In this document: one piece after another, positions 49,167-59,958 of the stretch | How positions within the stretch are numbered: the first letter of the stretch is position 1 | Layout: every line of letters starts with the position of its first letter | Source: Candidatus Bathyarchaeota archaeon | GTDB lineage: Archaea; Thermoproteota; Bathyarchaeia; TCS64 | Assembly (NCBI GenBank): GCA_963769425.1 | Contig: CAVYLP010000004.1 | Location: forward strand, 192,001 to 256,000 | Reading direction: 5' to 3' | Length of the DNA stretch: 64,000 nucleotides | Made by a program: the position numbers and the translations under genes | Notes under the pieces: model-generated | The model's database searches: none | Told to the model about the DNA's origin: nothing | Seen by the model: only the letters and a program-made list of their open reading frames with translations

Positions 49167-50194
49167 TCAATTCGGCTCGAATCTACCCGCTAGTTTCAGC
49201 ATCCTCAGCGCCCTGAAGGTGATCCACTTACTCTCCCGCCCCTTCAAGCCAAATGGCGCGTCCACTGGCCCCGGGGCGTTGTCTAGCACCCACCTACCCG
49301 CCTCGTTCCTCTTGGAGAGGACGAACTCGACCGCATCGTCTACAGCCTCTTCTTCGACGCCCAGTTTGAGCATCGTGGTGGCTATCTCGATGGCGTCGTG
49401 GTAGTAGGTTAGTGGGGCGGTCAACCTCTGTGGGCGGGTGTTCTTCGTAGCTATCGGCTTCGATGGGTTGTGGCTGCTCCAGAGTAGGCGGTGTGCGAGG
49501 ACGAAGTCGACTCCCCTCTGCTTCGCCTCCTCGGCCTCGGGTGACCAGAACCCAATCGGCGCTACGGTCATCGCCCTGAGGAGGTTCGTCGCCCCCCAGT
49601 AGCAGGTGTGCTTCCCCCAGCACCTCTCCCTAACGCCCCTGTAGGGGAACACGGTTGGCGGTCTCCAGTCCCCGTCGTCGAACCTTTGATACTTCACGAG
49701 CCAATCGAGGGTGGACCTCACCTCGGGGCGTGAGCCGAGGCCAAGCCTGCTGAGGGCCCAGATCATGTTGCCCATGAAGCAGGGCATCATGTACACCTCG
49801 CCGCCGTGGAAGCTCACACCGAAGGTGCCATGCTCTTTGCTGAAGGCGTTGGCGAGGATGACCTCCCCCAGCCTCCTGACCCTATTGTCGTCTGGGTCCG
49901 CACCTGCCTCGGCTAGGAAGAGTAGCTTCCAAGCCGCGCCCCTGTAACCTGGCTTGTAGCCCGCAGCTACGGCGGCGCCCCCCACTTCGCTACGGCCGCG
50001 TCATTTGAATATCCCCCCTCTGGGTTCAAGCTGGCTAGTATCCGCGAGATGGGTGGAGTCTTCATAGCCTCAGTTAGGGTTTCCCTGACTTCACTACTGG
50101 ATCTTGATGCATTGAGTAGATCGACTAGGGTGTTGTACCGGATCCAAGGGTCACCCGGCTCGAGAAGCCACTCCAGTGTCACAGCGTCGGTCAA
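49167..50194 (-). CDS. Prenyltransferase/squalene cyclase-repeat (alpha-alpha toroid) protein, frameshift near 49980
   Basis: LEWLLEPGDPWIRY, WLVKYQRFDDG.W, SKRNEAGRW, SKWITFRAL. Confidence 0.75.
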
Positions 50195-50257
50195 GACGCT
50201 TAGAAAATGTATATTGGTGACATATCTCGACTTCGATGAGTCATCTCCTAGCGAAGG

Positions 50258-50478
50258 CTAAGAGGGCGATGAAGAGGAACGCAACCCCCGCCTAGCAGTT
50301 CGCTCCCTGTGAGCCAGTAGACGATCCCCGCCACAAAGAAGGCCGGGATGAGCATGATCAACGCCCCGATGACTACGAGGATGATCATGCCGATTAGCAC
50401 CATAACGATAAGGGCGCCGATTATCGAGAATGGGCTGACGAGAATTTCGTTTATCATGTCGGCGACGATATGATACAA
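50258..50478 (-). CDS. Small membrane protein
   Basis: Hydrophobic ORF with probable indel in the C-run near 50290. Confidence 0.5.
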
Positions 50479-50642
50479 GGTGGTTCATGTCATCCTTGCC
50501 TACCCTGTTTAGATGTCCTGATCCTCAAGAGTCGTCTTTCCACGGTGGCGGAGAGACTCGGAAAGGGTTCTGAACCAATTTTAGACCGATATTCTCGCCG
50601 CTTATTTTAAAAGCCATCACGGTAACAAGTAGACGTCGTCCA

Positions 50643-51821
50643 ATGCCCCTAAATAAGGAGCGAGCAAAGCAGGTCATGGAGAAGGCGGGTGTAGACGCAA
50701 TCCTCGCTGCTTCCCCTGCGAACGTCTTCTACGTTTCAGATTATTACGGTGAGGGGATGAGTCTCGGTTGCGGGACGCAAGGCTATGCCCTCCTCCCACT
50801 CGACGCGGAGCCTGCACTTATGGCTCCCCTCTCTGAGGCGGACCTTGTCGCTGAGAGTCGTAGCTGGATCAAGGACATCCACTGGTACGGCTGCCTCAAG
50901 GTGAACACAACTGGGAACCCTAAATCTTCTGAGATTACGCAGATAATAATTGAGGCTACAAAGGCGAAGGCCGAGCAGACCCCATGCGATTCCCTAGTCA
51001 TTGCTGTCACGAGCAGGGGGTTAGCCAAGAAGACGATCGCGGTCGACGGTCAGGGTGTCAACCCAACTCGGTGGGAGAATATTAAGCGTAATCTCCCCGA
51101 CGCTAGGATAGTTGACGGCTCAGCTCTCCTCCAGGAGATACGGGCTGTAAAGACCTTTGAGGAGATTGAGCTCATCAAGAAGGCAGTCGAGATTACGGAG
51201 AAGTCGATGGAGGACGCCCTCGAGATTGCTCAGCCCGATATCATGGAGCTCGACTTGAGTAAGATGTACAGTTACAGCGTCGCCGAGGACGGTGGAACCG
51301 TGGTGAGTAATAACATAGGCTTCGGAGAGAGGAGCGCCTATCCTAACCCGATACCTACGACGCTTCAGCTTCAGAAGGGGGATCTGATCAGGATGAGCTT
51401 AGGTGCCTCTTGGAGCCACTATAATGGCAACGTGACTCGCACAGCGGCTATTGGGAAGACTTCTCCTGAAGTGGAGAAAAGGCTGAAGATCGTCATCGAC
51501 GCCCAGGAGGCGGCCTTCGATTCCTGTCGCCCTGGTGCTACATTCGGCGACGTCTATGCTGCTTCCCAAAAGGAGCTCCAGAAGGGAGGTTTGAAGGATT
51601 GTAGCATGAGCCTCGGCCACTGTATAGGGGCGGAGGCGAATGAGCGGCCCTGGGTCTGCCCCGGTGACAAGTCGAAGATTGAGGAGGGGATGGTGTTGAA
51701 CATCGATGTGCCCTACTTGGACCTCGGCTGGGGTGGGATAGAGATGGAGGACGCCGTTGTGGTGACGAAGAAGGGGCTGCGCCTCCTCACCAATACTGAG
51801 AGGACCATCTACCTTCTCTAG
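50643..51821 (+). CDS. Xaa-Pro peptidase (M24) family protein
   Basis: Creatinase-like N-domain, RAVKT.EEI, TRT, GHCIG, EDAVVVT. Confidence 0.88.
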   Translation: MPLNKERAKQVMEKAGVDAILAASPANVFYVSDYYGEGMSLGCGTQGYALLPLDAEPALMAPLSEADLVAESRSWIKDIHWYGCLKVNTTGNPKSSEITQIIIEATKAKAEQTPCDSLVIAVTSRGLAKKTIAVDGQGVNPTRWENIKRNLPDARIVDGSALLQEIRAVKTFEEIELIKKAVEITEKSMEDALEIAQPDIMELDLSKMYSYSVAEDGGTVVSNNIGFGERSAYPNPIPTTLQLQKGDLIRMSLGASWSHYNGNVTRTAAIGKTSPEVEKRLKIVIDAQEAAFDSCRPGATFGDVYAASQKELQKGGLKDCSMSLGHCIGAEANERPWVCPGDKSKIEEGMVLNIDVPYLDLGWGGIEMEDAVVVTKKGLRLLTNTERTIYLL

Positions 51822-52606
51822 GTATTCCGCCGAGCTATCATGAGGACGATACGTGAGGCGTGGCCGAGGCCATTCTCCTCGATCTCCTTGCCGTACTTCT
51901 TCCAAACCTCCTCGAAGGGGAGGGGTTCTACATCGTGGCTCCGGGCGTTATCTATGGCGGTCTGGATCTCTAGGCGCGCCTCGGTTGCTCGTAGCTTCTT
52001 CCCAGTGTAGAGAGCCTCACGTTTGACGAGGGTGAAGCCGGCTCCCCGTAGGTACTCCTGGTAGCGGATGGCGGGTAGCCACTTAGCGCCGCAAGCGTGG
52101 GCGTATACTTCAGCCTCGAGCCTTTGGGCTGTCGTCTCCGCCTCCTCTGGGGGGATTATTGTGAAGCAGAAGTAGCCACGTGGCCTGAGGACGCGGGCGA
52201 CCTCGTGGAAGGCCTGGCGGACACCCTGGTCGCCTCGTGTCATGTCGATGTCGTCGAGGCCCATGAAGTTGACGGCCATTCCGAAGCTGCCGCCCTGGAA
52301 CTCTAGGCGGGTGGCGTCCATTTTCATCGTTGTTACGTGGGGGTCGAGCCACTTCTCCCTTATGCGGCGGTCGGCGATCCTGATAGCCTTGTCGGAGACG
52401 TCTATTGCGACTATCTTTAGGCTAGGGTCCCGCTTGGCGAGCTCTATGGCGAAGAGGGCGGAGCCCGTTGCCACGTCGAGTATCCTCATTCTTGGCTCTA
52501 GCGGGAGCATGGCGACTATCCTCGCCCTGAGGCCGTCGAGTCTGGAGGCGTAATCCTCGTAGTCCCGTTCCGGGACGTAGACCTCAGGGGGTGCCAAGGC
52601 GATCAC
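51818..52606 (-). CDS. Class I SAM-dependent methyltransferase
   Basis: ILDVATGSA, AIDVS, MDA, RVLRPRG. Confidence 0.88.
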   Translation of the reverse strand: MIALAPPEVYVPERDYEDYASRLDGLRARIVAMLPLEPRMRILDVATGSALFAIELAKRDPSLKIVAIDVSDKAIRIADRRIREKWLDPHVTTMKMDATRLEFQGGSFGMAVNFMGLDDIDMTRGDQGVRQAFHEVARVLRPRGYFCFTIIPPEEAETTAQRLEAEVYAHACGAKWLPAIRYQEYLRGAGFTLVKREALYTGKKLRATEARLEIQTAIDNARSHDVEPLPFEEVWKKYGKEIEENGLGHASRIVLMIARRNT

Positions 52607-52641
52607 TGATAAGGCGGGTGACGGCTGTTAACGCTTTCCTT

Positions 52642-52935
52642 CTAGAGGCTCGCGATCTCGCTTATCTTCGATTTTATCTCTATTGCTCGGGTCTCGAAGA
52701 TGCGGACGAGTTCGACGGCCTCTTCGGGGCGGGGTTCCTCGGCGTGGCTGGCCTTGTAGTCGAGCCAGGCCTGGTAGGCTCGCATGTAGACGCGGCCGAA
52801 CATGGCGGAGCTGACGGAGTCGATGAGTCCGCGGTTCATGAAGGCGGTGAAGACGCCGAAGTTGCTGCTTAGCTTGTCCTCGCTGAGCTCTTCGTCTATG
52901 ACCTTTTCGATGATGCCCCGTAGAGCCGGCTCCAT
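52642..52935 (-). CDS. Hypothetical protein
   Basis: 97-aa ORF, host-like composition. Confidence 0.6.
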   Translation of the reverse strand: MEPALRGIIEKVIDEELSEDKLSSNFGVFTAFMNRGLIDSVSSAMFGRVYMRAYQAWLDYKASHAEEPRPEEAVELVRIFETRAIEIKSKISEIASL

Positions 52936-53120
52936 GGCGACTTCTTAGCCTCCTGATCCTTATTAGGTTTTAAGGGGTCGGTGGTTGCCCGGATCCGTGA
53001 AGATGGGGCGGAGAGGGTCCGATATTTCACCCTTTTAGTGTGCCTAACTATCAAATATCGTATTGAATATGCGGATCGTTTTTAATATCTAGGCAACTTT
53101 GTAGGTTCAAGGGGATAACC

Positions 53121-53699
53121 GTGGACACCGGTACGCTGATCCTAGTTGTGGTAGTCGTAATCATACTGCTAGCCATCGCATGGCTCTTCATCTCGGCGTA
53201 TAATCGCCTCTTCCGCTTCAGGAACGCTGCAGAGGCCTCGCTGGGGCAGATCAGGGTCGCCATGAAGAAGAGATTCGACATGATCGAGCAGCTCCTCGGC
53301 GCCGTGCAGGGGTACTCGAAGTTCGAGAGGGAGGTCTTCGAGAAGGTCGCGGCGCTGCGTGCGCAGCTCGTGAATGCGGGGCCCACGAACCTCGCTGATA
53401 TTCAGCGGGAGAGCGCGAACCTCTTCGGGAGCATACGCGCCGTCGCAGAGGCGTACCCTGACCTGAAGGCGTCTGAGACGGTGAAGAAGCTCATGGACGC
53501 CATCGCGGGCCTCGAGGAGGAGATCGGGCGGCAGAGGTACACTTACAACAACGTGGTACAGGAGTTCAACACGATGGTGGACACGATCCCCACTAACTTC
53601 GTCGCCGGGATCCTCGGCATGAGTAAGCTTGAGTACCTGAAGTTTGGAGACGAGATCGAGGCTCCGCCGAAGGTTACGGGGATTGGTCCGAATGGATGA
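53121..53699 (+). CDS. lemA: LemA family protein
   Basis: N-terminal TM, YNRL, AVAEAYPDLKAS, YNNVVQEFN, PTNFVA. Confidence 0.93.
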   Translation: MDTGTLILVVVVVIILLAIAWLFISAYNRLFRFRNAAEASLGQIRVAMKKRFDMIEQLLGAVQGYSKFEREVFEKVAALRAQLVNAGPTNLADIQRESANLFGSIRAVAEAYPDLKASETVKKLMDAIAGLEEEIGRQRYTYNNVVQEFNTMVDTIPTNFVAGILGMSKLEYLKFGDEIEAPPKVTGIGPNG

Positions 53700-55503
53700 G
53701 AGCAGGCAGATAGCCATCATAGTAATTCTCGGGTTGGCCCTCGCCGTCGTCGGCGTGGCGGCGACTACGACCCTCAAGGACGTCGGGTTGACGGGACCCG
53801 CGGTGGTGAGCAGCTACGAGGCCCACTTCACCAGCAACGGAACCCTCACAGAGGACTACACATACACCTTCACGGAGCAGCAGTACCGGTTCCTCTACCG
53901 GAGCTGGGATGCCCCCGTCTCGCTGACGCCTCTAGGACAGCCATACATTAAACCTGTTCAGATCAACCCGCCGTCGGGCTCGGTTGCCTACGTCAAAGAC
54001 GCATACGGGTACGTCACCCTTGAGACTCCGAACGCGGGGTCATACGTGGAGGCAACGATCGACAGCCTCGCCAACTACAACGAGGTGGGCTGCTTTTACC
54101 CACAGCAGTTCACGCCGGGTGACTGGCACATCGGGTACACTTTCAACGTCTACCCCCCGATCGAGTACGACTCCAGCTACGACCACCTCAACCTCCAGTT
54201 TGCCAGCACCCACATCCCATATAGTAACGTGAAGATCGTGTTCGAGGACGCCTCCTACATTGCGGCCGTCTACCCGCACCCACCGAGCCTCACCGTTACG
54301 CGTACGGGCAACCAGATCGTGATTACCGGGAGCGCGGCGCAGGACGAGCTGCTCGAGGTCGAGCTGCTGATGACGCCGGGTGCTAGCCACTTCAGCGGCT
54401 TCAGGACCGCAGTCTCTGACATCAAGGGGAAGACGGACAGCGCGAACTTCTGGTACAGCCTCCAGTACAACGTAGCGACGCTGCTCGGCTACATCGCTAT
54501 CATAATAGTCTTCGCGGCTCCCCTCACACTCTACTGGGCGTACCTGAGGTTCGGGCGGGAGGAGGACGTGACAGTCCCCACCTACCTGAGCACGGTGCCG
54601 AATAAGGAGCGGAAGCCGTGGCTGGTGAACCTAATCTTCAGGAAGGAAATCTTCGACTTTGATGAGGACGGGTTCTACGCGACTCTGCTCGACTTCCACC
54701 TTCGAAAGAAGGTGAGGCTGGAGCCTAGGGAGCACGGGATGAAGATACACATTCTGGATGCGGCGGTGGACGACCCCTACGAGGAGAAGGTTATGGCGTT
54801 CCTCCAGAAACTAGCGGTGAACGGTGTATTCGACACGGACACCCTCCGCGACCTCGCTCACGACGTGCGCAGCGGCAAGGGGAAGTCGGCGATGGGACTC
54901 GAGATAAAGGCGGACCTCGACGACCTGATGCACTACTCAAACTCCTCCATCGTTAAACAGTTCGCAGTCGGCGGGAGAAGCAAGATTGTGCCCACCATAC
55001 TCCTCGGAGTGGCGATCTTCGTCTCGGCAATCATCCTCATCGTCTCCGCGCCGATAGTTGGATACCTGCTCGTCGCGCCGTTCCTGCTGGGAGCCATTGT
55101 AATAGTCCAGTCAGTGATTGCGCTGGCATTCCCCTCCACACTCTTCGGGAAGTGGCGCCCCGGCATGTTCAAGGAGAAGCTCGAGTGGGACGCCTTTAGG
55201 AACCACCTAGGCGACCTGGCGCAGCTAAGGAAGTATCCGACGGAGGACCTAAGCATGTGGGGTGACTGGCTCGTCTACGGCACCGCCCTAGGCGTGGGGG
55301 ACCGCGTCGCGGAGGCGATGAGGGACCTCAACGTCAACATAGACGTCGCGAGGTTCTACCCGCTGATGCCTCTCTGGTTCCGTCCGATAATCGTGGCTTC
55401 GCCTCCGCAGGCCCGGAGCAGCGGTGGAGGCTTCCACGGCGGTGGAGGCGGCGGCTTCGGAGGCGGTGGAGGCTTCGGTGGCGGCGGCGGCGGCGTCCGC
55501 TAA
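53692..55503 (+). CDS. DUF2207 family membrane protein
   Basis: Downstream of lemA; W..F..HL, WLVYGTALGV, Gly-rich tail. Confidence 0.88.
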   Translation: MDESRQIAIIVILGLALAVVGVAATTTLKDVGLTGPAVVSSYEAHFTSNGTLTEDYTYTFTEQQYRFLYRSWDAPVSLTPLGQPYIKPVQINPPSGSVAYVKDAYGYVTLETPNAGSYVEATIDSLANYNEVGCFYPQQFTPGDWHIGYTFNVYPPIEYDSSYDHLNLQFASTHIPYSNVKIVFEDASYIAAVYPHPPSLTVTRTGNQIVITGSAAQDELLEVELLMTPGASHFSGFRTAVSDIKGKTDSANFWYSLQYNVATLLGYIAIIIVFAAPLTLYWAYLRFGREEDVTVPTYLSTVPNKERKPWLVNLIFRKEIFDFDEDGFYATLLDFHLRKKVRLEPREHGMKIHILDAAVDDPYEEKVMAFLQKLAVNGVFDTDTLRDLAHDVRSGKGKSAMGLEIKADLDDLMHYSNSSIVKQFAVGGRSKIVPTILLGVAIFVSAIILIVSAPIVGYLLVAPFLLGAIVIVQSVIALAFPSTLFGKWRPGMFKEKLEWDAFRNHLGDLAQLRKYPTEDLSMWGDWLVYGTALGVGDRVAEAMRDLNVNIDVARFYPLMPLWFRPIIVASPPQARSSGGGFHGGGGGGFGGGGGFGGGGGGVR

Positions 55504-55557
55504 CCCGCCCCGGGACTATTTTTAAATTGGGGCAGTTACTAGGTTAGGCGGGTTCGC

Positions 55558-55635
55558 GGACCCGTAGCTCAGCACGGATAGAGCACAGGCCTCCTAAGTC
55601 TGGGGTCGTGGGTTCAAATCCCACCGGGCCCGCCA
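55558..55635 (+). tRNA. tRNA-Arg (CCT)
   Basis: GGACCCG-TAGCTCAG..GGATAGAGC-ACAGGC-CTCCTAA-GTCTG..GGTTCAAATCC..CGGGCCC-GCCA cloverleaf, encoded CCA, no intron. Confidence 0.95.
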
Positions 55636-55642
55636 TCTTTAC

Positions 55643-55753
55643 GGTTCAGAACCCTCCGGGATTTGAACCTAAATGGGTTCAGGTCTTAATTTATAAATTG
55701 ATTTTAGACGTGAGAAGAGTCCGGTGGGTTCTAAACCTATTTGGTTCAGAACC
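55643..55753. repeat. Cluster of GGTTC-N-GAACC palindromes downstream of the tRNA
   Basis: GGTTCAGAACC at 55643 and 55743, GGTTCTAAACC at 55727, TGAACC..GGTTCA at 55664-55681. Confidence 0.65.
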
Positions 55754-55855
55754 TATATTGATATGGCTAATATTTGACGAACTGCAAATAATTGTACGAG
55801 CGTAATTTTGCTAACATTATTTAATATATAATAATCGGGGTTCCCCTCGGAGGCG

Positions 55856-56563
55856 TTGATGAGTGAGATATCGTTGGAGCCTCTAGTACGGACCCAGGAC
55901 CTTGTTAAGGTCTATATGCAGGGTGGAGAACCCTTCACTGCTCTCAACAAAATCAATCTCTCCGTTGAGAAGGGTGAAATGCTCACTATCATGGGTCCGT
56001 CAGGTAGCGGAAAATCTACGCTACTGAACATGCTGGGGGCACTGGATAAGCCAACGTCGGGTAAGATATTCATCGACGGCACGGATATCTCGAGTCTGTC
56101 CGACGATGAGTTAGCTCGCCTCCGAAGCAGGGAGATTGGTTTCATCTTCCAGCAGTTCAACTTAATTCATCGGATGAGTGCCCTAGGAAACGTTGAGTTG
56201 CCCCTCGCTATTAGTGGGGCACCACGTTCAGAGAGGGCCAATAGAGCGAAGCAGCTTCTCGACTCAGTGGGCCTTGGGGACAGGATCGACCATAGGCCTA
56301 ACCAGATGAGCGGAGGGGAGCAGCAACGTGTGGCGATTGCGAGGGCATTGGTAAACAATCCACCGCTTCTCCTGTGCGATGAGCTCACCGGAAACCTCGA
56401 CTCGAGAACCGGTCAGGAGATAATGACTCTGCTTCGTCGTTTAAACCAGGAGCAGGGCAAGACCTTCGTGCTGATCACCCACGACCCAAATGTTGCACAG
56501 GCGACTGATCGCCTTATACAGATCCGGGATGGGGAACTCGCGGGAGAGAAGAGGTTAAGGTGA
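55856..56563 (+). CDS. ABC transporter ATP-binding protein (LolD/MacB-like)
   Basis: GPSGSGKS, MSGGEQQRVAIARAL, CDELTGNLD, ITHD. Confidence 0.93.
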   Translation: MMSEISLEPLVRTQDLVKVYMQGGEPFTALNKINLSVEKGEMLTIMGPSGSGKSTLLNMLGALDKPTSGKIFIDGTDISSLSDDELARLRSREIGFIFQQFNLIHRMSALGNVELPLAISGAPRSERANRAKQLLDSVGLGDRIDHRPNQMSGGEQQRVAIARALVNNPPLLLCDELTGNLDSRTGQEIMTLLRRLNQEQGKTFVLITHDPNVAQATDRLIQIRDGELAGEKRLR

Positions 56564-56567
56564 TTAA

Positions 56568-58100
56568 ATGAATGAAGTGAAAAAGTATCTTGTAGCTTTC
56601 CTCCTCGTCTGTCTTCTAGCAGGCCAGATAGGAATAACCTATGCAGATGATTACATACCGCATCTTCAGGTTACTGTGAGTAACACGAACTTGACTGCAG
56701 GATCAAGTGGGAACATTATGATTACGTTCCACAATGGTGGAAACTTTGACGTAACTCAGATTGAGGCATTGCTGAGCTCAACCACCCCCGGTGTATCTAT
56801 ACTTAATGGGTCTCAATATGTGAACAACCTAATCACAGTGGGTGACTCAGCAAGTTACTCAGTTACTGTGTTTGTTGATCAAAGTGTAGGAATCGGTGCT
56901 TATCCTATCACGATGACCCTCAGTTATCTGCGTCCCCCGATAGGGATAGTGACTGAGACGATTCCATTTGCCGTCCGCGTGACTCAGGCGTTCCTACCGT
57001 TGCTTGATTTGAGTACAACTAGTACGGAGATAGTTGCTGGGGAGTTGAACAATGTCACAGTAATGGTGAGAAACACTGCCGGTGGAATGCTCAGTGACCT
57101 TGACTTCGTAATGACTTCTCCATCCCCATACCTTGCTCCGGTTGACTCCGCGAAGTTTCATATTGACAAGATCAATGCCAGTGAAACCTCTTACATCTAT
57201 TGTAAGATTCTGGCGCTTCAGAGCATTCCAGTTGGTGCCTATCCCATAAGTGTAACGATGTTGTACTCAGACCCTACTGGCAATCGATTAAAGCAGGTCG
57301 CATCATTGCCTCTGGAGGTAGTAGTTCCATCCTCGACTAGAAGCCCCATTGTGACGATTGGAAACACTGAAACACCCTCCGTTGTCCCAGGTGAAAGCTT
57401 CACCCTTCCACTTGAGGTCAACTGTACGGAGGCGACCTCATACAACACGGTGGCTTCGCTTACACTTGATTCGACGGGTCTTCTCAGTCCCTTGAGCCAG
57501 ACGATGATATCCCTAGGCGACCTGAAGCCGGGAAGCAGCGTTCCACTCGCATACATGCTCATACTGGATGGATCTGCGTCACCAGGCCAGATCCCAGTAA
57601 AGGTGAATGTTAGCTACACTGATGCCAAGGGTCAACCAGGATCGACTTCAGGTGTGTTCACAATCGTGGTCTCTCAGTTTTCGAGATTCACTCTACTTTC
57701 CAATCAGACGTTCACATCCACTCAGGGCTCGACTCTGACCATCAGCTCGACTCTGCTGCTGATTGGTAGTAGTCCAACGAAGTACACTAATGTTGAGGTG
57801 TTGCCGCTGCGACCTTTCACCTCACAGGCTGGTAGCAACGAGTACCTGGGGGCGATAGATCCAGACAGCCCGGTGCCCTTTACGGTGACACTTGGAACCA
57901 CAAACGCGAAGCCAGGTGCCTATACGCTCCAGTTGCATGTTACCTACTACAACGATCTCAACACACAGGTGGTGAAGACAATTAATGTACCTGTGAGTGA
58001 TCACGCAGCAATCCACAAGGACAACTGGAGGCACTACGACGGGCAGTGGGGACCTATTTGGTTGGATCAGGGCGATCCTAGGGATTCAGTGATTCGGTAA
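56568..58100 (+). CDS. COG1361-like S-layer/Ig-fold secreted protein
   Basis: Signal peptide, repeated Ig-like units (G.Y.I...Y), position inside the ABC operon. Confidence 0.75.
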   Translation: MNEVKKYLVAFLLVCLLAGQIGITYADDYIPHLQVTVSNTNLTAGSSGNIMITFHNGGNFDVTQIEALLSSTTPGVSILNGSQYVNNLITVGDSASYSVTVFVDQSVGIGAYPITMTLSYLRPPIGIVTETIPFAVRVTQAFLPLLDLSTTSTEIVAGELNNVTVMVRNTAGGMLSDLDFVMTSPSPYLAPVDSAKFHIDKINASETSYIYCKILALQSIPVGAYPISVTMLYSDPTGNRLKQVASLPLEVVVPSSTRSPIVTIGNTETPSVVPGESFTLPLEVNCTEATSYNTVASLTLDSTGLLSPLSQTMISLGDLKPGSSVPLAYMLILDGSASPGQIPVKVNVSYTDAKGQPGSTSGVFTIVVSQFSRFTLLSNQTFTSTQGSTLTISSTLLLIGSSPTKYTNVEVLPLRPFTSQAGSNEYLGAIDPDSPVPFTVTLGTTNAKPGAYTLQLHVTYYNDLNTQVVKTINVPVSDHAAIHKDNWRHYDGQWGPIWLDQGDPRDSVIR

Positions 58101-59299
58101 TGGACATCATAGACGTCCTACAGATCGCTGCCAACAGCGTCAATGAAAGAAAGTTCCGATTCGCACTAAATTTGATAGGGATTATGATAGGGTGCGCCGC
58201 TGTGACCGGACTCGTGTCGTTGACTCAGGGCTTTAGCAATAATATCAGTGGGCAGCTGGGTGCTTTAGGTGCTAATGTTATCACGGTTACGCCGTCGAGA
58301 GGAGGCTTCGGCCAGACAGGGGGTACAACGGGGACTGCACCTGAGCTGACTTTTCTCGATCTCAGCATCATATCGAGGATACCTGGAGTTGCTACTTCGA
58401 CTCCCATCGACTCCGGGGGAGGCGTTTCGTACTCTGTTAAGGGCAAAACGTATACTAACTCGAGTGACGGGGGTGACGGATCAGTACTTCGTAATCAATA
58501 GCGCGCTTCAGATCACTCAGGGACGTGTCCTAAGCAGGACTGATTCAGGTGTAGCGGTTGTGGGTTCATCGATTGTTCAGCCGTCTGCGAACAACACGAT
58601 CTTCGTGCTTGGTGATAGCATGAGGGTGACGGCTAATGTTAATGGAGTGTCTAAAAGCATGACTCTCAGGATCGTTGGGAATTCTGCAGACGACTGGTGG
58701 AAGCTTCGGGTCAAGTGACTCGGCGATACTTATCCCCATAAACACTTTCGACCAATTCTATGAGAGTGGTGGAAGTTTACAGCACTATTCAGGTCGTGGC
58801 TCAATCAGCTGACCTCGTGACGAATGTCACTGCGGCTATCCAGAAGCAGGTCAGTGGTATCCGTGTGTCGAACCCAGCAACCGCTAGGGCGACGGTAGCC
58901 AGCATATTGGGGACGGTTCAGGCGGTTCTGGGGGGTATTGCGGCGATATCGCTGGTCGTCGCTGGCGTAGGCATCGTGAACACGATGACGGTTAGCGTCC
59001 TGGAGAGGACGCGTGAGATTGGTACTCTTAAGGCCCTCGGCGCTAGGAGCCGGGACATACTGTTTATGTTTCTAACGGAGGCTGCCCTTACGGGGATCGT
59101 CGGTGGTATTATTGGGGCAATAGTTGGCTTCTTTGTCAGCACGATTGCCGGTGATATCATTGGGCTGTCGGCGGCGATTTCAATCTCTCTGGGTTTGTTA
59201 GTTGTGGGTTTCTCGATAATTACATGTGTACTCTCCGGTTTGTATCCTGCGTTGCATGCATCTAGGATGAATCCTGTGGAGGCTCTAAGAAGTGAGTAA
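58100..59299 (+). CDS. ABC transporter permease (MacB/FtsX), split by frameshifts
   Basis: LNLIGIMIG..N-terminus; SLVVAGVGIVNTMTVSVLERTREIGTLKALGA; YPA..ASRMNPVEALRSE. Confidence 0.88.
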
Positions 59300-59958
59300 A
59301 ACTAATGTTGAAACTGTGAAGATGAAGGGAATACGAGGCTGGTTTGAGAGAAGAACTGGCAAGGACATGTGGATAGGCATATCCGTAGTACTGGCGGCTG
59401 CCATACTATCAGAGGTAACAACATTATTCAGGACGGGGGCGGCTGCATCGTCAACGGGGGCAAGTACAGTTCAGCGATATGACAATTATTTTAGGGAGTC
59501 GTTGTATCGACTCGGGACTTGGGTGCTCTCTAGCCTCATCATTCATGGCTCCTCTAGGCTTCTCAAGGGGAAGGGAAGCCTGAGAAGATTTTTTGCCATG
59601 AATGGTTTTGCGTACGTGCCGATACTGATTCAGAGTATACTCAGTGTCCTTGATGTCATGTTTTCGGGTGTATTGAGGAGCCCATTGGCTAGCCAGCCGA
59701 CTTCTTCAATTGTTGCTTACCCAATTTAACCTACTCAGTCTGATCGCAATTGCTCTGTCAGCCGTCGCTGTGATGGCGAATTATGGGTTGAATCGTAAGA
59801 GGGCGGCTATTGTGGTTTTGATTCCGGTTATTTTAATTTTGGCTCTGGGGTTATTAGGCATCCCAATTGGGGTCGGGCGATCTAATGCATTCAGGGGAAT
59901 TGGTGGGTTATTCGGCCGAGGCGGCGGAGGTGGCTTCGGTGGCACTCCCGGGGGATAA
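59292..59958 (+). CDS. Yip1-like membrane protein, frameshift near 59720
   Basis: IHGSSRLLKGKGS....GFAYVP; five-TM layout across two frames. Confidence 0.65.

Noticed and set aside
55420-55500. GGC/GGT-rich tandem repeat
   Set aside because: Encodes the normal Gly-rich tail of DUF2207 proteins.
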